Source: a candidate division WWE3 bacterium UBA1401
GTDB taxonomy: Bacteria; Patescibacteriota; WWE3; UBA101185; UBA10185
Assembly: GCA_002305115.1 (NCBI GenBank)
Contig: DBQF01000003.1
Coordinates: 129,338 to 193,337, forward strand
DNA length: 64,000 bases
Reading direction: 5' to 3'
In this document: in pieces, positions 8,822 through 18,799 of the stretch
How the letters are laid out: each line of letters opens with the position of its first letter
Numbering within the stretch: the stretch's first letter is position 1
Program-made: the position numbers and the translations under genes
The notes under the pieces: model-generated
The model's database searches: none
Told to the model about the DNA's origin: nothing
What the model saw: the letters and a program-made list of their open reading frames with translations, nothing else

Positions 8822-9340
8822 CTAGTAGCTACTCCTTACAACTACAGCAGAATCAATTTTCACGCTTCCAGTATAAGCCTTTCTATTAGAAGAACTTGCC
8901 TGCTCAAAAACAAGCTGGATTTTGATAACATCCACACTCCCGGTACCAATATTACTAAAGCAAGCGCCACCACCACCAAGGCACGAAATAGTAATACCAC
9001 CGACACCAGTAGTAGAGCCAGTGCTACTTAGTGGTACGGTATTGCGCCTCAAAATACCATCAGTGCCTAAGGCATAAGTAATAACATTGTTGTTAGTATC
9101 TCTAAACACAAGAGTTTTACTGCCAGCTGGCGGAAGAGGATCCACAGAAGCGGCGTTGCGGAGTTCTTTCTCCATCTTCATAAACACAAAATTTGCGGTC
9201 TGCTCAATTTGGTTAGTGATTTGGGATTTATTATAGCTACTCACCAAACTAATAATAATATCTGTAGAAATCCCTACAGTAATAATGATGAGTGCTATTA
9301 CCAGTACAAGCTCAATAAGCGTAAAACCTTTTTGGTTCAC
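8822..9340 (-). CDS. Minor pilin / pseudopilin
   Basis: MNQKG/FTLIELVLVIALII. Confidence 0.8.
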   Translation of the reverse strand: MNQKGFTLIELVLVIALIIITVGISTDIIISLVSSYNKSQITNQIEQTANFVFMKMEKELRNAASVDPLPPAGSKTLVFRDTNNNVITYALGTDGILRRNTVPLSSTGSTTGVGGITISCLGGGGACFSNIGTGSVDVIKIQLVFEQASSSNRKAYTGSVKIDSAVVVRSSY

Positions 9341-9795
9341 TGCGCCCTCCAGCTAGATAAATCTGTATAATTTCTAACTGCCAAACCATCTCCCCAGGTA
9401 GCTACTACCGAAATACGCATCACATCGCTATCTATAGGGGTAGCCTGAAAATAGTATGCCACAGCTTCAGGCCCGGTACCGTCTGTAGCGGGTGAGGCTG
9501 AACCTAATACCGCAAGACTACCACCGGTAGTGATAGTACAATACGTAGAACCAGTACAATCATCTACAGAATCTACAAAACCCGCCCAATTCTCACCCAT
9601 GGAGTCCCTATATGCCCTAACAAGTTCTAGCTGGCCAGTGGCCAAATTATTTGCTCTTAACATCAATTTGCTATTTAGAGAAGACCTAAGAGTATAAAGC
9701 GTAAGTGAAACCAGGGAAGTCACAATTATGACAGAAATTCCCAAGGTAAAAATAACTTCAATTAAGCCAATACCTTTTTGATACTTCATATGCAT
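9337..9795 (-). CDS. Minor pilin / pseudopilin (PilV-like)
   Basis: YQKG/IGLIEVIFTLGISVIIV, with Glu at +5. Confidence 0.7.
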   Translation of the reverse strand: MHMKYQKGIGLIEVIFTLGISVIIVTSLVSLTLYTLRSSLNSKLMLRANNLATGQLELVRAYRDSMGENWAGFVDSVDDCTGSTYCTITTGGSLAVLGSASPATDGTGPEAVAYYFQATPIDSDVMRISVVATWGDGLAVRNYTDLSSWRAQ

Positions 9796-10316
9796 GATGA
9801 AGCAGTACCTTTCGAAATAAACCCAGCACCGTTAACAATTATTTCCATGCATCCAGAATCACCTGTAGATGGGCCTACCCGAACACTACAATTGCTGGGA
9901 CTGCAAGTAACGGCATTGCCGTTTTGTAGACTGAATAAAATGTCTACAGAAGTTCTTACAACAATGTTGTTAGGTAACTGTTCACTAGTCTGGGAATTAA
10001 TATATGAAGAACAATCAGGGTCACCTAAGGCATCTTCACCACAAGAAATAAATGTGTAGGTGGGGCTATTTGCCGTGAAACTGATTCCCCAGAACTTCAA
10101 ATTCTGATTTGTAGCACCTACACCAGACAAAGCTCTGTTTAAGGCTGTATACAAATCACTTACTACCGTTTCCTGTGCCAATTTTACATTTTGATTGGAA
10201 ATGTACTGGCTAAAGCTTGGCACTAACACACCAGATAAAATTGTAATAAGAGCAATAACAATTAAGAGTTCTACCAATGTAAAACCGGTATTACGGGCAG
10301 AAATATGCATACTCAA
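9786..10316 (-). CDS. Minor pilin / pseudopilin
   Basis: ARNTG/FTLVELLIVIALITIL. Confidence 0.8.
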   Translation of the reverse strand: MSMHISARNTGFTLVELLIVIALITILSGVLVPSFSQYISNQNVKLAQETVVSDLYTALNRALSGVGATNQNLKFWGISFTANSPTYTFISCGEDALGDPDCSSYINSQTSEQLPNNIVVRTSVDILFSLQNGNAVTCSPSNCSVRVGPSTGDSGCMEIIVNGAGFISKGTASSCI

Positions 10317-10322
10317 ATGATA

Positions 10323-10829
10323 TCATAATATAGTTAGGTCAGTGCCAATTTCATACCAGGAAGCGCTGTTCCCGCCGTCTTCTTCCATATAGCCGGTATA
10401 GTATTCCAGCCGGGCATTAAGTTCGTAGTTTGTGGTGGTGTGCTGATAAGCGTAATAGTAAGTACCATTATTTACAGGATCAATAGGCAATTTGGAAGTG
10501 TAGTAAGAAAGATCTGCGTCTAACCAACCATCTGTAATAAGTTCGTATGGCCCGGTATTACCCACGGGTAGGGAAGTACTGGTGCGCAGTGTATTAACAA
10601 GATCTGGGTATACATCGTTATCTATGCGATATTCCAGAATAGCTCTATCTAGAGTTGTTATATCTGCCAATCTTCTGTTGTCTCTAGCTTTGGCTTTTTG
10701 TTCTTCCGGCCGGGTAATTAGAAGTATTGTAGTGAAAATCAGCATTGTCACGGCTATGACAATAAGAAGCTCTATTAGAGTAAATCCAAAAGCCTTACGG
10801 GTTTGTGACAACATAACAAGGATCCCCAC
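10323..10829 (-). CDS. Pilin-like protein (C-terminus related to 18860..19366)
   Basis: KAFG/FTLIELLIVIAV. The C-terminus YELNARLE..DGGNSASWYEIGTDLTIL parallels YELNAVLE..DGGDSDTAYEVGTSLTII. Confidence 0.8.
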   Translation of the reverse strand: MGILVMLSQTRKAFGFTLIELLIVIAVTMLIFTTILLITRPEEQKAKARDNRRLADITTLDRAILEYRIDNDVYPDLVNTLRTSTSLPVGNTGPYELITDGWLDADLSYYTSKLPIDPVNNGTYYYAYQHTTTNYELNARLEYYTGYMEEDGGNSASWYEIGTDLTIL

Positions 10830-11208
10830 CGCACGTATTATTAGAAAACTGATCAGTTTCCATACCAGCAGTTAAATTGTATGTATGAAAAGGAGATGCA
10901 GACAAATAGGTATAATTCGTGCCAGAAGAAGGATCTGTGGGAAGCTGGTTGATGTATTGAGGCTGTAAATCACTAATCGTAGCGGGATAAGTTCCGTTAT
11001 CACTGTAGTAAAGTTCAAGTGCAACCTGGATTTCCTTAAGATCAGAAACTCTACTTGCATCTCTAGCTTCAGCTTGAGTGCCGGGAATATCCAGTAAATT
11101 TAAGAGCACACCCGCTAGTGTGCCAATAACAGCAACTACCACTAAAATTTCTACTAATGTTAAGCCTCTTTGGTTTTTATAAGGGCGTACACCCTGTTTT
11201 ATCGGCAT
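10795..11208 (-). CDS. Pilin-like protein
   Basis: KNQRG/LTLVEILVVVAVIGTLAG. Confidence 0.8.
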   Translation of the reverse strand: MPIKQGVRPYKNQRGLTLVEILVVVAVIGTLAGVLLNLLDIPGTQAEARDASRVSDLKEIQVALELYYSDNGTYPATISDLQPQYINQLPTDPSSGTNYTYLSASPFHTYNLTAGMETDQFSNNTCGGDPCYVVTNP

Positions 11209-11581
11209 TGTTTGCGCAACTTAGTGTACAACTATGTATATAACCCCAGCTGGAATGATATTTATAACACTGTCCAGCATATTCGGATTTTTCGACCCAA
11301 AGTACAAAAGTTCCGTCTACTAGTCTAGCATAATTATAATCACTAGTGGGCCAGTTCTTAACGTAATTAGAAGTAGTGGGATCTTCAGGATAACTCCCTT
11401 CCATAGCAGCATGAGTTTCTAGTGCAGTAACTAGAGAAGACATGGTGTTTTGTTTCACGCCGTCTTGGGCGCGAGCTCTTTGAACCGGAGCATTAATAAC
11501 GCTCACAAGAATTCCAGCCAACACACCAATCAAAGTGATGACAACAAGTAATTCAATTAATGTAAAACCTTTTTGTTTCAT
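11177..11581 (-). CDS. Pilin-like protein
   Basis: MKQKG/FTLIELLVVITLIGVLAG. Confidence 0.8.
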   Translation of the reverse strand: MKQKGFTLIELLVVITLIGVLAGILVSVINAPVQRARAQDGVKQNTMSSLVTALETHAAMEGSYPEDPTTSNYVKNWPTSDYNYARLVDGTFVLWVEKSEYAGQCYKYHSSWGYIHSCTLSCANNADKTGCTPL

Positions 11582-12129
11582 GGTGCTACACAGTTAGTAG
11601 GAGGCAATGTTGCGTCACAGGTTTCTATTACACCCGCAGAACCATTATATCTAAATACTGTATTTGGTTTACCAGTTGATTTTGCGTAAATATAGTAATT
11701 TGCAGTGCCCGACGTACCCTCATAACGTATATTACAAGAAACATTTCCCGTACCAGTATAACGATTATAGACACCACCAGTTGAATGGCAATTGGAGGGG
11801 AGTCTATAATTATTCACCGAAAAAATACATATATAAGGATAAGTAGGGTGACCACCATCACAACCGGCACCGGACGAATGCCTAGCCACATTTACCATCC
11901 CATCAAAAAACTCAGTGGCATTGGGGACTACACCATTTAAAGCAATGTATTTATCTACAGTTAAAGCTGATTTTATTAAAAATGCTTGAATATTCGCGTC
12001 ATTAACTCGGTTGCGTTGAGCTTGGGGGTTGATAACCGCAACCGTCACACCTGCCAAAACACCAATTACGGCTACCACCACCAAAAGCTCTATTAACGTA
12101 AACCCACTTGGATAAATCTTCTTCTTCAT
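11578..12129 (-). CDS. Pilin-like protein (paralog of 12182..12715)
   Basis: YPSG/FTLIELLVVVAVIGVLAG. Shares a Cys pattern and an NTVF.Y motif with the neighbouring pilin. Confidence 0.8.
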   Translation of the reverse strand: MKKKIYPSGFTLIELLVVVAVIGVLAGVTVAVINPQAQRNRVNDANIQAFLIKSALTVDKYIALNGVVPNATEFFDGMVNVARHSSGAGCDGGHPTYPYICIFSVNNYRLPSNCHSTGGVYNRYTGTGNVSCNIRYEGTSGTANYYIYAKSTGKPNTVFRYNGSAGVIETCDATLPPTNCVAP

Positions 12130-12142
12130 AAAGTAAAGACCA

Positions 12143-12170
12143 TACTCCCCCCTGAAAGGAGGGGGGAGTA
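12143..12170 (-). terminator. Strong intercistronic hairpin TACTCCCCCC-loop-GGGGGGAGTA after the pilin gene
   Basis: 10-bp GC-rich stem 12 nt past the stop of 12182..12715, with a partly T-rich trailer on the minus strand. Candidate attenuator. Confidence 0.55.
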
Positions 12171-12181
12171 ACCATCAAGCA

Positions 12182-12715
12182 TTAAGGACAAACCGGAGTA
12201 GCAGCATCAGAACAGTTAACGATCTCGCCAGCCATATTGTCATACATAAACACGGTGTTCGCCATACCAAAGGACTTACCGTAGAGTCTAAAGTCTGCAG
12301 TAGTAGCATCTCCATCGGGGTTAGTGCCGTCATAGCGATAAGCACACTGCCCAGTACCATCACCGGTATAACCATTAGCAGCAGAACAAGTCGCCGGTAA
12401 AGCATTTCCTGTTACAGTGAAATGGCAGACGTAATCGCCAGCTGCAGCGGCATCTACACAGTCTGCACTTGCGTTATCCAAAGACCCGATAAACTGGGCA
12501 TCAGTTGGGACAACACCATAAGCAGAAATGTAACCTTGTGTAGCAAGTGCCACCTTGTTCATAGTAGCCTTAACATTTGCGTCTTTAGCTCTATTCTGCT
12601 GAGCAGCAGGATCGATAACCGAAATCAACACACCGGCTAAAATACCAATAATAACGATAACAATCAAAAGCTCAATTAACGTAAAACCTCTTTCAAACCT
12701 TCTCATTCTTCTCAT
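12182..12715 (-). CDS. Type IV pilin, candidate major pilin
   Basis: ORF 12182..12748. AAGGAGGTG RBS lies 8 nt upstream of the ATG at 12715. Leader MRRMRRFERG/FTLIELLIVIVIIGILAG. Followed by a strong hairpin. Confidence 0.8.
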   Translation of the reverse strand: MRRMRRFERGFTLIELLIVIVIIGILAGVLISVIDPAAQQNRAKDANVKATMNKVALATQGYISAYGVVPTDAQFIGSLDNASADCVDAAAAGDYVCHFTVTGNALPATCSAANGYTGDGTGQCAYRYDGTNPDGDATTADFRLYGKSFGMANTVFMYDNMAGEIVNCSDAATPVCP

Positions 12716-12794
12716 ACTATCTACACCTCCTTTCCAAACACATACCAAAACTTAATATCTTCCTAGAACAAAAAAATAGGCAGAGCATAAAAAC

Positions 12795-13622
12795 TTATAA
12801 AACTCCCTGCGCTCCATAAACTCCAAAGTCAAAAAATGCTGGCAAATAGGGAAGCGACCTTATAACAGACTTCTTTTCAGTAGCCTGAACTCTTCCGGCA
12901 TTTCTAATTTCCCCATACGAAGTTATCTTATAGCCCTGCACAGGAAAAGTGCTGGAACCAACTGCATGCAAATTCGTATCACCTTTTAAGGCAATAAGTC
13001 TAAGCCCTAAGGGGTCTGCAACACCTGAAAAGTTTATGGAGTATCCGTGATCATAATCTGTACAATCTGCAAGCGTGGAAGTACTATCTGCGCCTTCAAT
13101 ATCGTCACAGGCAGAACCATCGCAAACAATGCCTTTTTCCAAATTACCATCACCGTACACATTGTAGTAAATAGCTACATCACCATTCCAACAAATGGTA
13201 ACCCGGGAAGAGCCGTAGCCGTCTAGATTTATCTCTTTAAGGGCAGATTCTTCTAATTTTAAGTCAAGAGTAGAGTCATTACCGTGCTCTTCAACTGTCA
13301 TATAGGCGACTGCCTCAATTGGGTCTCCCGCAGCGGCATCAGTAAAACTGACCTGACAAGCAGGTGTGGAACGTGCAACATCAAGACCGGCACACTGAGA
13401 GACATAATCATCCAGATCATCAACAGATTTTGCTAAAAACCTTTCTAAACCCCCTTCAGCTGCAGCAGCAACTCTGGAATAAGTGTCTGAGGTAGACACA
13501 CGAGTAACAGAAGAAATATTGCGAAGAGCCAAATTAGCTACTACTGCCAATACAACCGTGCCGGCAACAATGAAAAAGGCCAACACCTGTCCGGATTCAT
13601 ACTTTGATACGTGATACTTCAT
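12795..13622 (-). CDS. PilX-N-like pilus-associated protein (paralog of 8006..8821)
   Basis: N-terminal GQVLAFFIVAGTVVLAV TM segment plus AAAEGGLERFL. C-terminus LRLIALKGD..PVQG..SYGE..PAFFDFGVY. Confidence 0.6.
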   Translation of the reverse strand: MKYHVSKYESGQVLAFFIVAGTVVLAVVANLALRNISSVTRVSTSDTYSRVAAAAEGGLERFLAKSVDDLDDYVSQCAGLDVARSTPACQVSFTDAAAGDPIEAVAYMTVEEHGNDSTLDLKLEESALKEINLDGYGSSRVTICWNGDVAIYYNVYGDGNLEKGIVCDGSACDDIEGADSTSTLADCTDYDHGYSINFSGVADPLGLRLIALKGDTNLHAVGSSTFPVQGYKITSYGEIRNAGRVQATEKKSVIRSLPYLPAFFDFGVYGAQGVL

Positions 13623-13624
13623 AG

Positions 13625-15346
13625 TTATTTATCCTCCCAGGCAATATCTACCAGGTAAAGCCCCGGTAAGGTGCCTTCATTAACTCTACCTTGTTTAGTT
13701 AGCTCATACAAGTACATAGGATCATATACAACTACTTCGCCGGGATAATTGGCGTTAGCAGCTTCTAGATTACGCGCCAGAACTATAGTTGCATCTGTAG
13801 ACACTAATAAACCTTGAACTACTAACGTAGTATCAGTAGTAGTGTCTGAGGGAGCAATAATATCTTCAGGCACAACAACTCCCGCCATGACCTGAGGACT
13901 TAGTGTAGGAGTAGTGGTTCCTAATTTGGTACCAAACCCGGCAGACACATCAGCCAGGCCCATAATGAGTAAACCGCCTTCCACACCACCGGACCTGACA
14001 AACTCTTTAGAAAAATCAATCTCAGTTTGATTGCCCGGTCCTCTTTCTACATAAATAACTGCCACACCGGGAGAAGCCAGGCTGTAACCAGTATGCGCGT
14101 TTATAAGGGAATTTAGTTTGCCAACTGTAGTTACGTAAGGAGTGGTTGGATCCAGGTTGGTTAATGAGTTAAGCTGCTGATAACTATCGGGCTTACGTAC
14201 CTCGTAATTGGGAACGCGTAGTTCTTCCGTAAAGTTACGTACGTAACCACCATCATTCGTGGCAAAAACTCGCTGTGTACCACTTGTAGACTCCACTTCA
14301 AAGCTTTTACCAAAGCCGTAGCCATTATAATTTTCTTTTTGTAACAAATATCCGGTAAACACACCTAAGGGCGAGTTGGGTGTAGTAAAAGATACTGGCT
14401 GTGAACTATAAAAGTCACCATCAACTACCGTATACCAGCCATTAGTCATGCTGTCGGTAAGGGTATAACCAAAATTGACAGCTAGATTGGAGTTAAGCAC
14501 ATATGCACTGGCAGGCACATACAAACCGGAACCTCCGGTTGTAAAATCTACCCACACATTATCAGTAGAACAAACCGAAGTTAATGTTTTGCCATCAGGC
14601 ACATCTACACCGGAAACACTAAAATAGTGAAGGGTACCCTCGGGAACATCTCTAAATTCAAAGTAGCCACTACTGGATACACCCGCATAACGAGTGCCAG
14701 CATCTGTTTCCAACAGTATAGTAGCGGCATCGGCGCCAGCTAGTGGATTGGTGGAAGGGTTTTCGGAACAGCTACCTCCAGTTTCAAACACATACCCGCT
14801 TATAGTATAGGTAGGTGTAGTGGCGGCTACGCTTACTGTATACACAGCATTGGGGTTGCAATGCAGAGAAGTTTTGCCATCGGGGGACCAGGGATAATCG
14901 GGGGCACAATAAGTAGCATCATAAATATTGGCCATTCCTGAACTGTCATAAGCAGACACAAATACATGCCACAAGCCTTGGTAAGAACTATCTATTGTAT
15001 AGTTTACATTGGCAACTCTACTGCTAGTGGGGGAGAAGCTTACATCTTGAACTAAGATGCTAGTACCATAGTGTTGACCTTTCCAGCATGCCGTAGAGTC
15101 TGATACATTACAGCGCTTCATTTCAACCTTTACTCTAGAAAGGTTACTGTTGTCATCTGTTACGTTATACCCAATACGAATAGTTTCAGTGGCACCGGTC
15201 CCCGATAAACTTACGGAAGAAGGACTCACTGTAACAGCATTTATCGAAGGCCAGACAGGGACAGTGGAAGGGCTGCTTGCAGCCCGTGCATTACGTAAAC
15301 TTATTCCTAAAAACACAATACTCATAACAACAAATAGCTTTTTCAT
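13625..15346 (-). CDS. Secreted adhesin-like protein with SdrD-B/Cna-B-like module (paralog of 15833..17881)
   Basis: Signal peptide MKKLFVVMSIVFLGISLRNARA. Module TISGYVFETGGSC...FGYT. The C-terminal ~260 aa are colinear with the 682-aa neighbour (..YPGEVVVYDPMYLYELTKQGRVNEGTLPGLYLVDIAWEDK). Confidence 0.6.
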   Translation of the reverse strand: MKKLFVVMSIVFLGISLRNARAASSPSTVPVWPSINAVTVSPSSVSLSGTGATETIRIGYNVTDDNSNLSRVKVEMKRCNVSDSTACWKGQHYGTSILVQDVSFSPTSSRVANVNYTIDSSYQGLWHVFVSAYDSSGMANIYDATYCAPDYPWSPDGKTSLHCNPNAVYTVSVAATTPTYTISGYVFETGGSCSENPSTNPLAGADAATILLETDAGTRYAGVSSSGYFEFRDVPEGTLHYFSVSGVDVPDGKTLTSVCSTDNVWVDFTTGGSGLYVPASAYVLNSNLAVNFGYTLTDSMTNGWYTVVDGDFYSSQPVSFTTPNSPLGVFTGYLLQKENYNGYGFGKSFEVESTSGTQRVFATNDGGYVRNFTEELRVPNYEVRKPDSYQQLNSLTNLDPTTPYVTTVGKLNSLINAHTGYSLASPGVAVIYVERGPGNQTEIDFSKEFVRSGGVEGGLLIMGLADVSAGFGTKLGTTTPTLSPQVMAGVVVPEDIIAPSDTTTDTTLVVQGLLVSTDATIVLARNLEAANANYPGEVVVYDPMYLYELTKQGRVNEGTLPGLYLVDIAWEDK

Positions 15347-15789
15347 TTAACAACTCCTCCTACCACAATAATTGAAAAGGGGTTTTGCTCATCGACGGTA
15401 AAAATAGCCTGGCGAGATACATCTGAAGCAATAAGTGTAGAGGCAATCCAGTTATTACCCGGTAAAGCGCGCAAGACGGTTACATCTGCTAAATCGTAAA
15501 CAATCTCTTCACCTGTTTTTAGAAATCTAACGCGTACTTCCGTATCAGTCACAGCTACAATATCAACAGGTAAATAAATAGGGGAAGCTTGCATAGCATT
15601 GGCAATTCTAGGCAGTTTATTTTTAATAACCGGAACCGCAGAATAGTTTTCCGGAATTTGCTTCGATGGAGAAAAGAAACCAGTTTCATGACCAATAACA
15701 AAAATAAGGGTGCTTATGATAGTCATGAAAACAAGGATTAGCTTAACTGATAAAGGTTCGAGGTTACTTTTAGGCAGGTTACCACGCAT
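15343..15789 (-). CDS. Small membrane-anchored hypothetical protein in the pilus operon
   Basis: 148 aa with one N-terminal TM segment. 4-nt overlap with the downstream gene. No recognisable motif. Confidence 0.5.
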   Translation of the reverse strand: MRGNLPKSNLEPLSVKLILVFMTIISTLIFVIGHETGFFSPSKQIPENYSAVPVIKNKLPRIANAMQASPIYLPVDIVAVTDTEVRVRFLKTGEEIVYDLADVTVLRALPGNNWIASTLIASDVSRQAIFTVDEQNPFSIIVVGGVVK

Positions 15790-15832
15790 ATATAGTTATA
15801 TTCTTGCATAGTTTGGCAACCTAATGCAAGAC

Positions 15833-17881
15833 TTAATCTTCCCAATACACGTTCACCAATAACAAACCAGGCAAAGCTTCTTCGTTAGCTCGGCCAAATT
15901 TGGTTAGTTTGTATAGAACTTGCGGGTCATACTTTACTACTTCGCTGGGGTAATTATTAGAACCCCCCCTGTTACGGTTAAATCTTATTTCACCGTCTGT
16001 AGAAATGAGCTGGCCTTTTACTACCAGAGTACGTTCGTTGGTTGCCCGCGACGCAACATCTATGTGATGGGGTGTTATAACTACAGCATCTATCTGCGAG
16101 GTAAGTGGCGTAGGGTTATCAGTGCCCACATCAGCATCTATAGTAACAGTATCATCTGTTAAATCTATTAACACAAGATAACCTTGGCCAGAATTATTAG
16201 TGAACGCCTTCTTAAACTGGATAGAGCTGTTTGCTTCACCTTTAACAAAAACTACGGCTATGCCGTCACTGGACATAGAGTAGAATTGACGACTGTTTAT
16301 TCTGGTGTTTAAGTCACTAACATCTGCCCAATAAACACCGGGAACAATGTTTTCAAAATCTGTAAGTTGAGTTGCGGGGGAACCAGAGAGTTCAAAATTG
16401 GTAGGCAATAAACTATCGGTAAAATTGCTTACATAGCCGCCGGCACCCGAAGCAACCACCCTGTCTGCACCGGAAACATTCTCAACATCATCAAAACTAC
16501 TTCCAAAAGCAAAAGCACTAAAATTGTCTGTTTGCAGCAAAAAACCGGTAAAGCCACCTAAAGGGGCATCGGGAGTGATTTGGAAAGTAGCAAGCGGATT
16601 GTAAAAATCGCCATCAATAACTGTGTACCAACCGTCTGCCAACACATCCTCCTGGGTATATCCAAAATTAATTGCCAAGTCAGAATTTAATGTGTAGGTG
16701 CTAGTCGGCACAAATAATCCCTGATTACCTCCAGGTTCAAACGCTGTGGAACTAGTACAAACTGAGTTAGTTTCTTTTCCAGAAGCAGAAATATTTGAAA
16801 TTTGGAACCGGTCTATAGAACCTTCTGCAACAGATAACGAAAAAGTACCAGCATCACTTATGGCACCAGAGTCGGTATGAGTAACACCGCAAGCATCGGT
16901 TGAAGTTACTGCTACGGTTTCACTACTTACCCCATCTAAAGATCCAACATCATCACATACAGAACCGCTGGTTCTAAACAGCTTTCCTGAAATGGTGTGT
17001 GTTGCCGGAGAACAGGTGGAAGTATAGCCAAAGTCTACATCCCAATCAGCATTCAAATAATAACCGGAAGAGACATTAAATCTGCCGCCTCCACTATAAC
17101 TAACATTAGGATTGAAGCTGCAAGCAGGTGTCAACGTGTAACCATCTAGTGCTACACCTGAAATAGTGAAATATTGCATTTCCTCATTATCAGGAACATC
17201 GGGAATAGAGTAGTAACCATTAGTGTCAGCATACGCGCTGTAAGTGTTCGAATCGGTTGTAAGAGTGACCAAAGCATTAGCGCTACCATTAAGCGCCACG
17301 GGACTACCTTCTGTGCAAGTGCCACCAGTCTCAAAGATATTCCCTGAAGCTGTGTAATATTGGACTACCGGTGTAAATCTTATAGTGGCAGAGTCATTAC
17401 CATTAAACGGGGCATTGCCATCACAAAAGTAACCAGAAGTGGCAAAGGGATCTCCGTGACACATAGTATAAGCAGGGCTTGTCCAATCTATAATGTCAAT
17501 ATAAACCTGAGCATAATTAGGCGCATAGCCTAACCCAAACCAGTGTCTGTATTCATAATCAAAATGTGAAACACCTCCCGGTACGCTAATACGGGTTAGA
17601 CGAGTAGGCCCACTTAAGATTGTATTACAAGATTGATCTGCACAGACACGTTCGTATACATAAACATAGGTTCCTACTGAAGGGTTAACATCTGCAATAA
17701 TACGAAATTTGATCTCAATATCTTCCGGTACAGTTGTATAAGCATGTAAAGCACCATCCAAGGGATTAACAATCCAGATTTCACCTGTAGGGGGAGCTTG
17801 TGCGTGTGTTTTTGGAGAAAGAAAAATACTACCAGTAAAACACAAAGTCAGTATAAATAAATATCGTAGTCTTCTGGTCAT
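15833..17881 (-). CDS. Secreted adhesin-like protein with two SdrD-B/Cna-B-like modules
   Basis: Signal peptide ..FLSPKTHAQA. Internal duplication: YTASGNIFETGGTC..VDFGYT and HTISGKLFRTSGSVC..INFGYT. C-terminus ..YPSEVVKYDPQVLYKLTKFGRANEEALPGLLLVNVYWED. Confidence 0.6.
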   Translation of the reverse strand: MTRRLRYLFILTLCFTGSIFLSPKTHAQAPPTGEIWIVNPLDGALHAYTTVPEDIEIKFRIIADVNPSVGTYVYVYERVCADQSCNTILSGPTRLTRISVPGGVSHFDYEYRHWFGLGYAPNYAQVYIDIIDWTSPAYTMCHGDPFATSGYFCDGNAPFNGNDSATIRFTPVVQYYTASGNIFETGGTCTEGSPVALNGSANALVTLTTDSNTYSAYADTNGYYSIPDVPDNEEMQYFTISGVALDGYTLTPACSFNPNVSYSGGGRFNVSSGYYLNADWDVDFGYTSTCSPATHTISGKLFRTSGSVCDDVGSLDGVSSETVAVTSTDACGVTHTDSGAISDAGTFSLSVAEGSIDRFQISNISASGKETNSVCTSSTAFEPGGNQGLFVPTSTYTLNSDLAINFGYTQEDVLADGWYTVIDGDFYNPLATFQITPDAPLGGFTGFLLQTDNFSAFAFGSSFDDVENVSGADRVVASGAGGYVSNFTDSLLPTNFELSGSPATQLTDFENIVPGVYWADVSDLNTRINSRQFYSMSSDGIAVVFVKGEANSSIQFKKAFTNNSGQGYLVLIDLTDDTVTIDADVGTDNPTPLTSQIDAVVITPHHIDVASRATNERTLVVKGQLISTDGEIRFNRNRGGSNNYPSEVVKYDPQVLYKLTKFGRANEEALPGLLLVNVYWED

Positions 17882-17887
17882 ATAACG

Positions 17888-18763
17888 TTAAAATATATTC
17901 AAATACCAGTTTAGAATAAATTCACCCGCAAAGAAAGTAATAAAGCTGCCGGTAATCAAAAACGGGCCAAATGGAATAGTATCTTTCATGGACTTCTTTC
18001 CCATAGCTATAAGAAATAAACTATAGACACTTCCCACTAAAAAGCCCAAGAAAATTGCCAGCAAATTATGAGGAAAGCCATTAAACAGCCCGATTAAAAA
18101 ACCCAATTTCACATCGCCATAACCCATGCCTCTACCTTTTGTAATAAAAATAAGAAACAGGAAAAATAAAGAAATAGCTAGAGAAGAAAGTAATAAAGTA
18201 CCGATATTTTTCAAAACAGTTACCAGTTGATCTGTAAAATATCCAACCTGTAACATAAAAACGCCAAACTTGTCATTAGCTAAAAATGAGCGCAAATTTG
18301 TTAGATAATAAGCGTTTACAAATACCAGGTAACCCAAGGTTAACACTACCGCGGGTATGAGCACTTTGTCGGGGATGATTCTATATTTTGCATCTGTAAG
18401 CAAAATAATAATAAACATGCTTGTTATTACCAACAAATATATAAATCGCAGCCACATGGGTAATTGCCAGGTCGGAAAAGTTTCAAACTTTAGATAGTAG
18501 GCAATACCAAAAAAGGCCATGCCTGTGAGAAACTCAGATAGGGGATAGTAGATAGAAAGTTTTTCATTGCAGTATCTGCATCTGCCTTTTAGCAGCCCAA
18601 AAGAAATAATAGGTAATAAATCTTTTATAGAAAGTTTGTGTTTGCAAAAATCACAGTGCGACCTGCCAAATAGAAATGATTCTGAAGAAACAAGCCTATC
18701 GGCAATAAGGTTTATAAATGACCCCGTAAATAAGCCAAAGATGAAAAGGGTTACGTATAGCAT
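17888..18763 (-). CDS. pilD: Prepilin peptidase (A24 family) PilD
   Basis: N-terminal CDFC..CRYC zinc motif, GMGYGDVKL catalytic Asp region, polytopic membrane protein. Confidence 0.9.
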   Translation of the reverse strand: MLYVTLFIFGLFTGSFINLIADRLVSSESFLFGRSHCDFCKHKLSIKDLLPIISFGLLKGRCRYCNEKLSIYYPLSEFLTGMAFFGIAYYLKFETFPTWQLPMWLRFIYLLVITSMFIIILLTDAKYRIIPDKVLIPAVVLTLGYLVFVNAYYLTNLRSFLANDKFGVFMLQVGYFTDQLVTVLKNIGTLLLSSLAISLFFLFLIFITKGRGMGYGDVKLGFLIGLFNGFPHNLLAIFLGFLVGSVYSLFLIAMGKKSMKDTIPFGPFLITGSFITFFAGEFILNWYLNIF

Positions 18764-18799
18764 AGTTAAATGATAGCAGATAGGGAAGGTAACTTCTAA

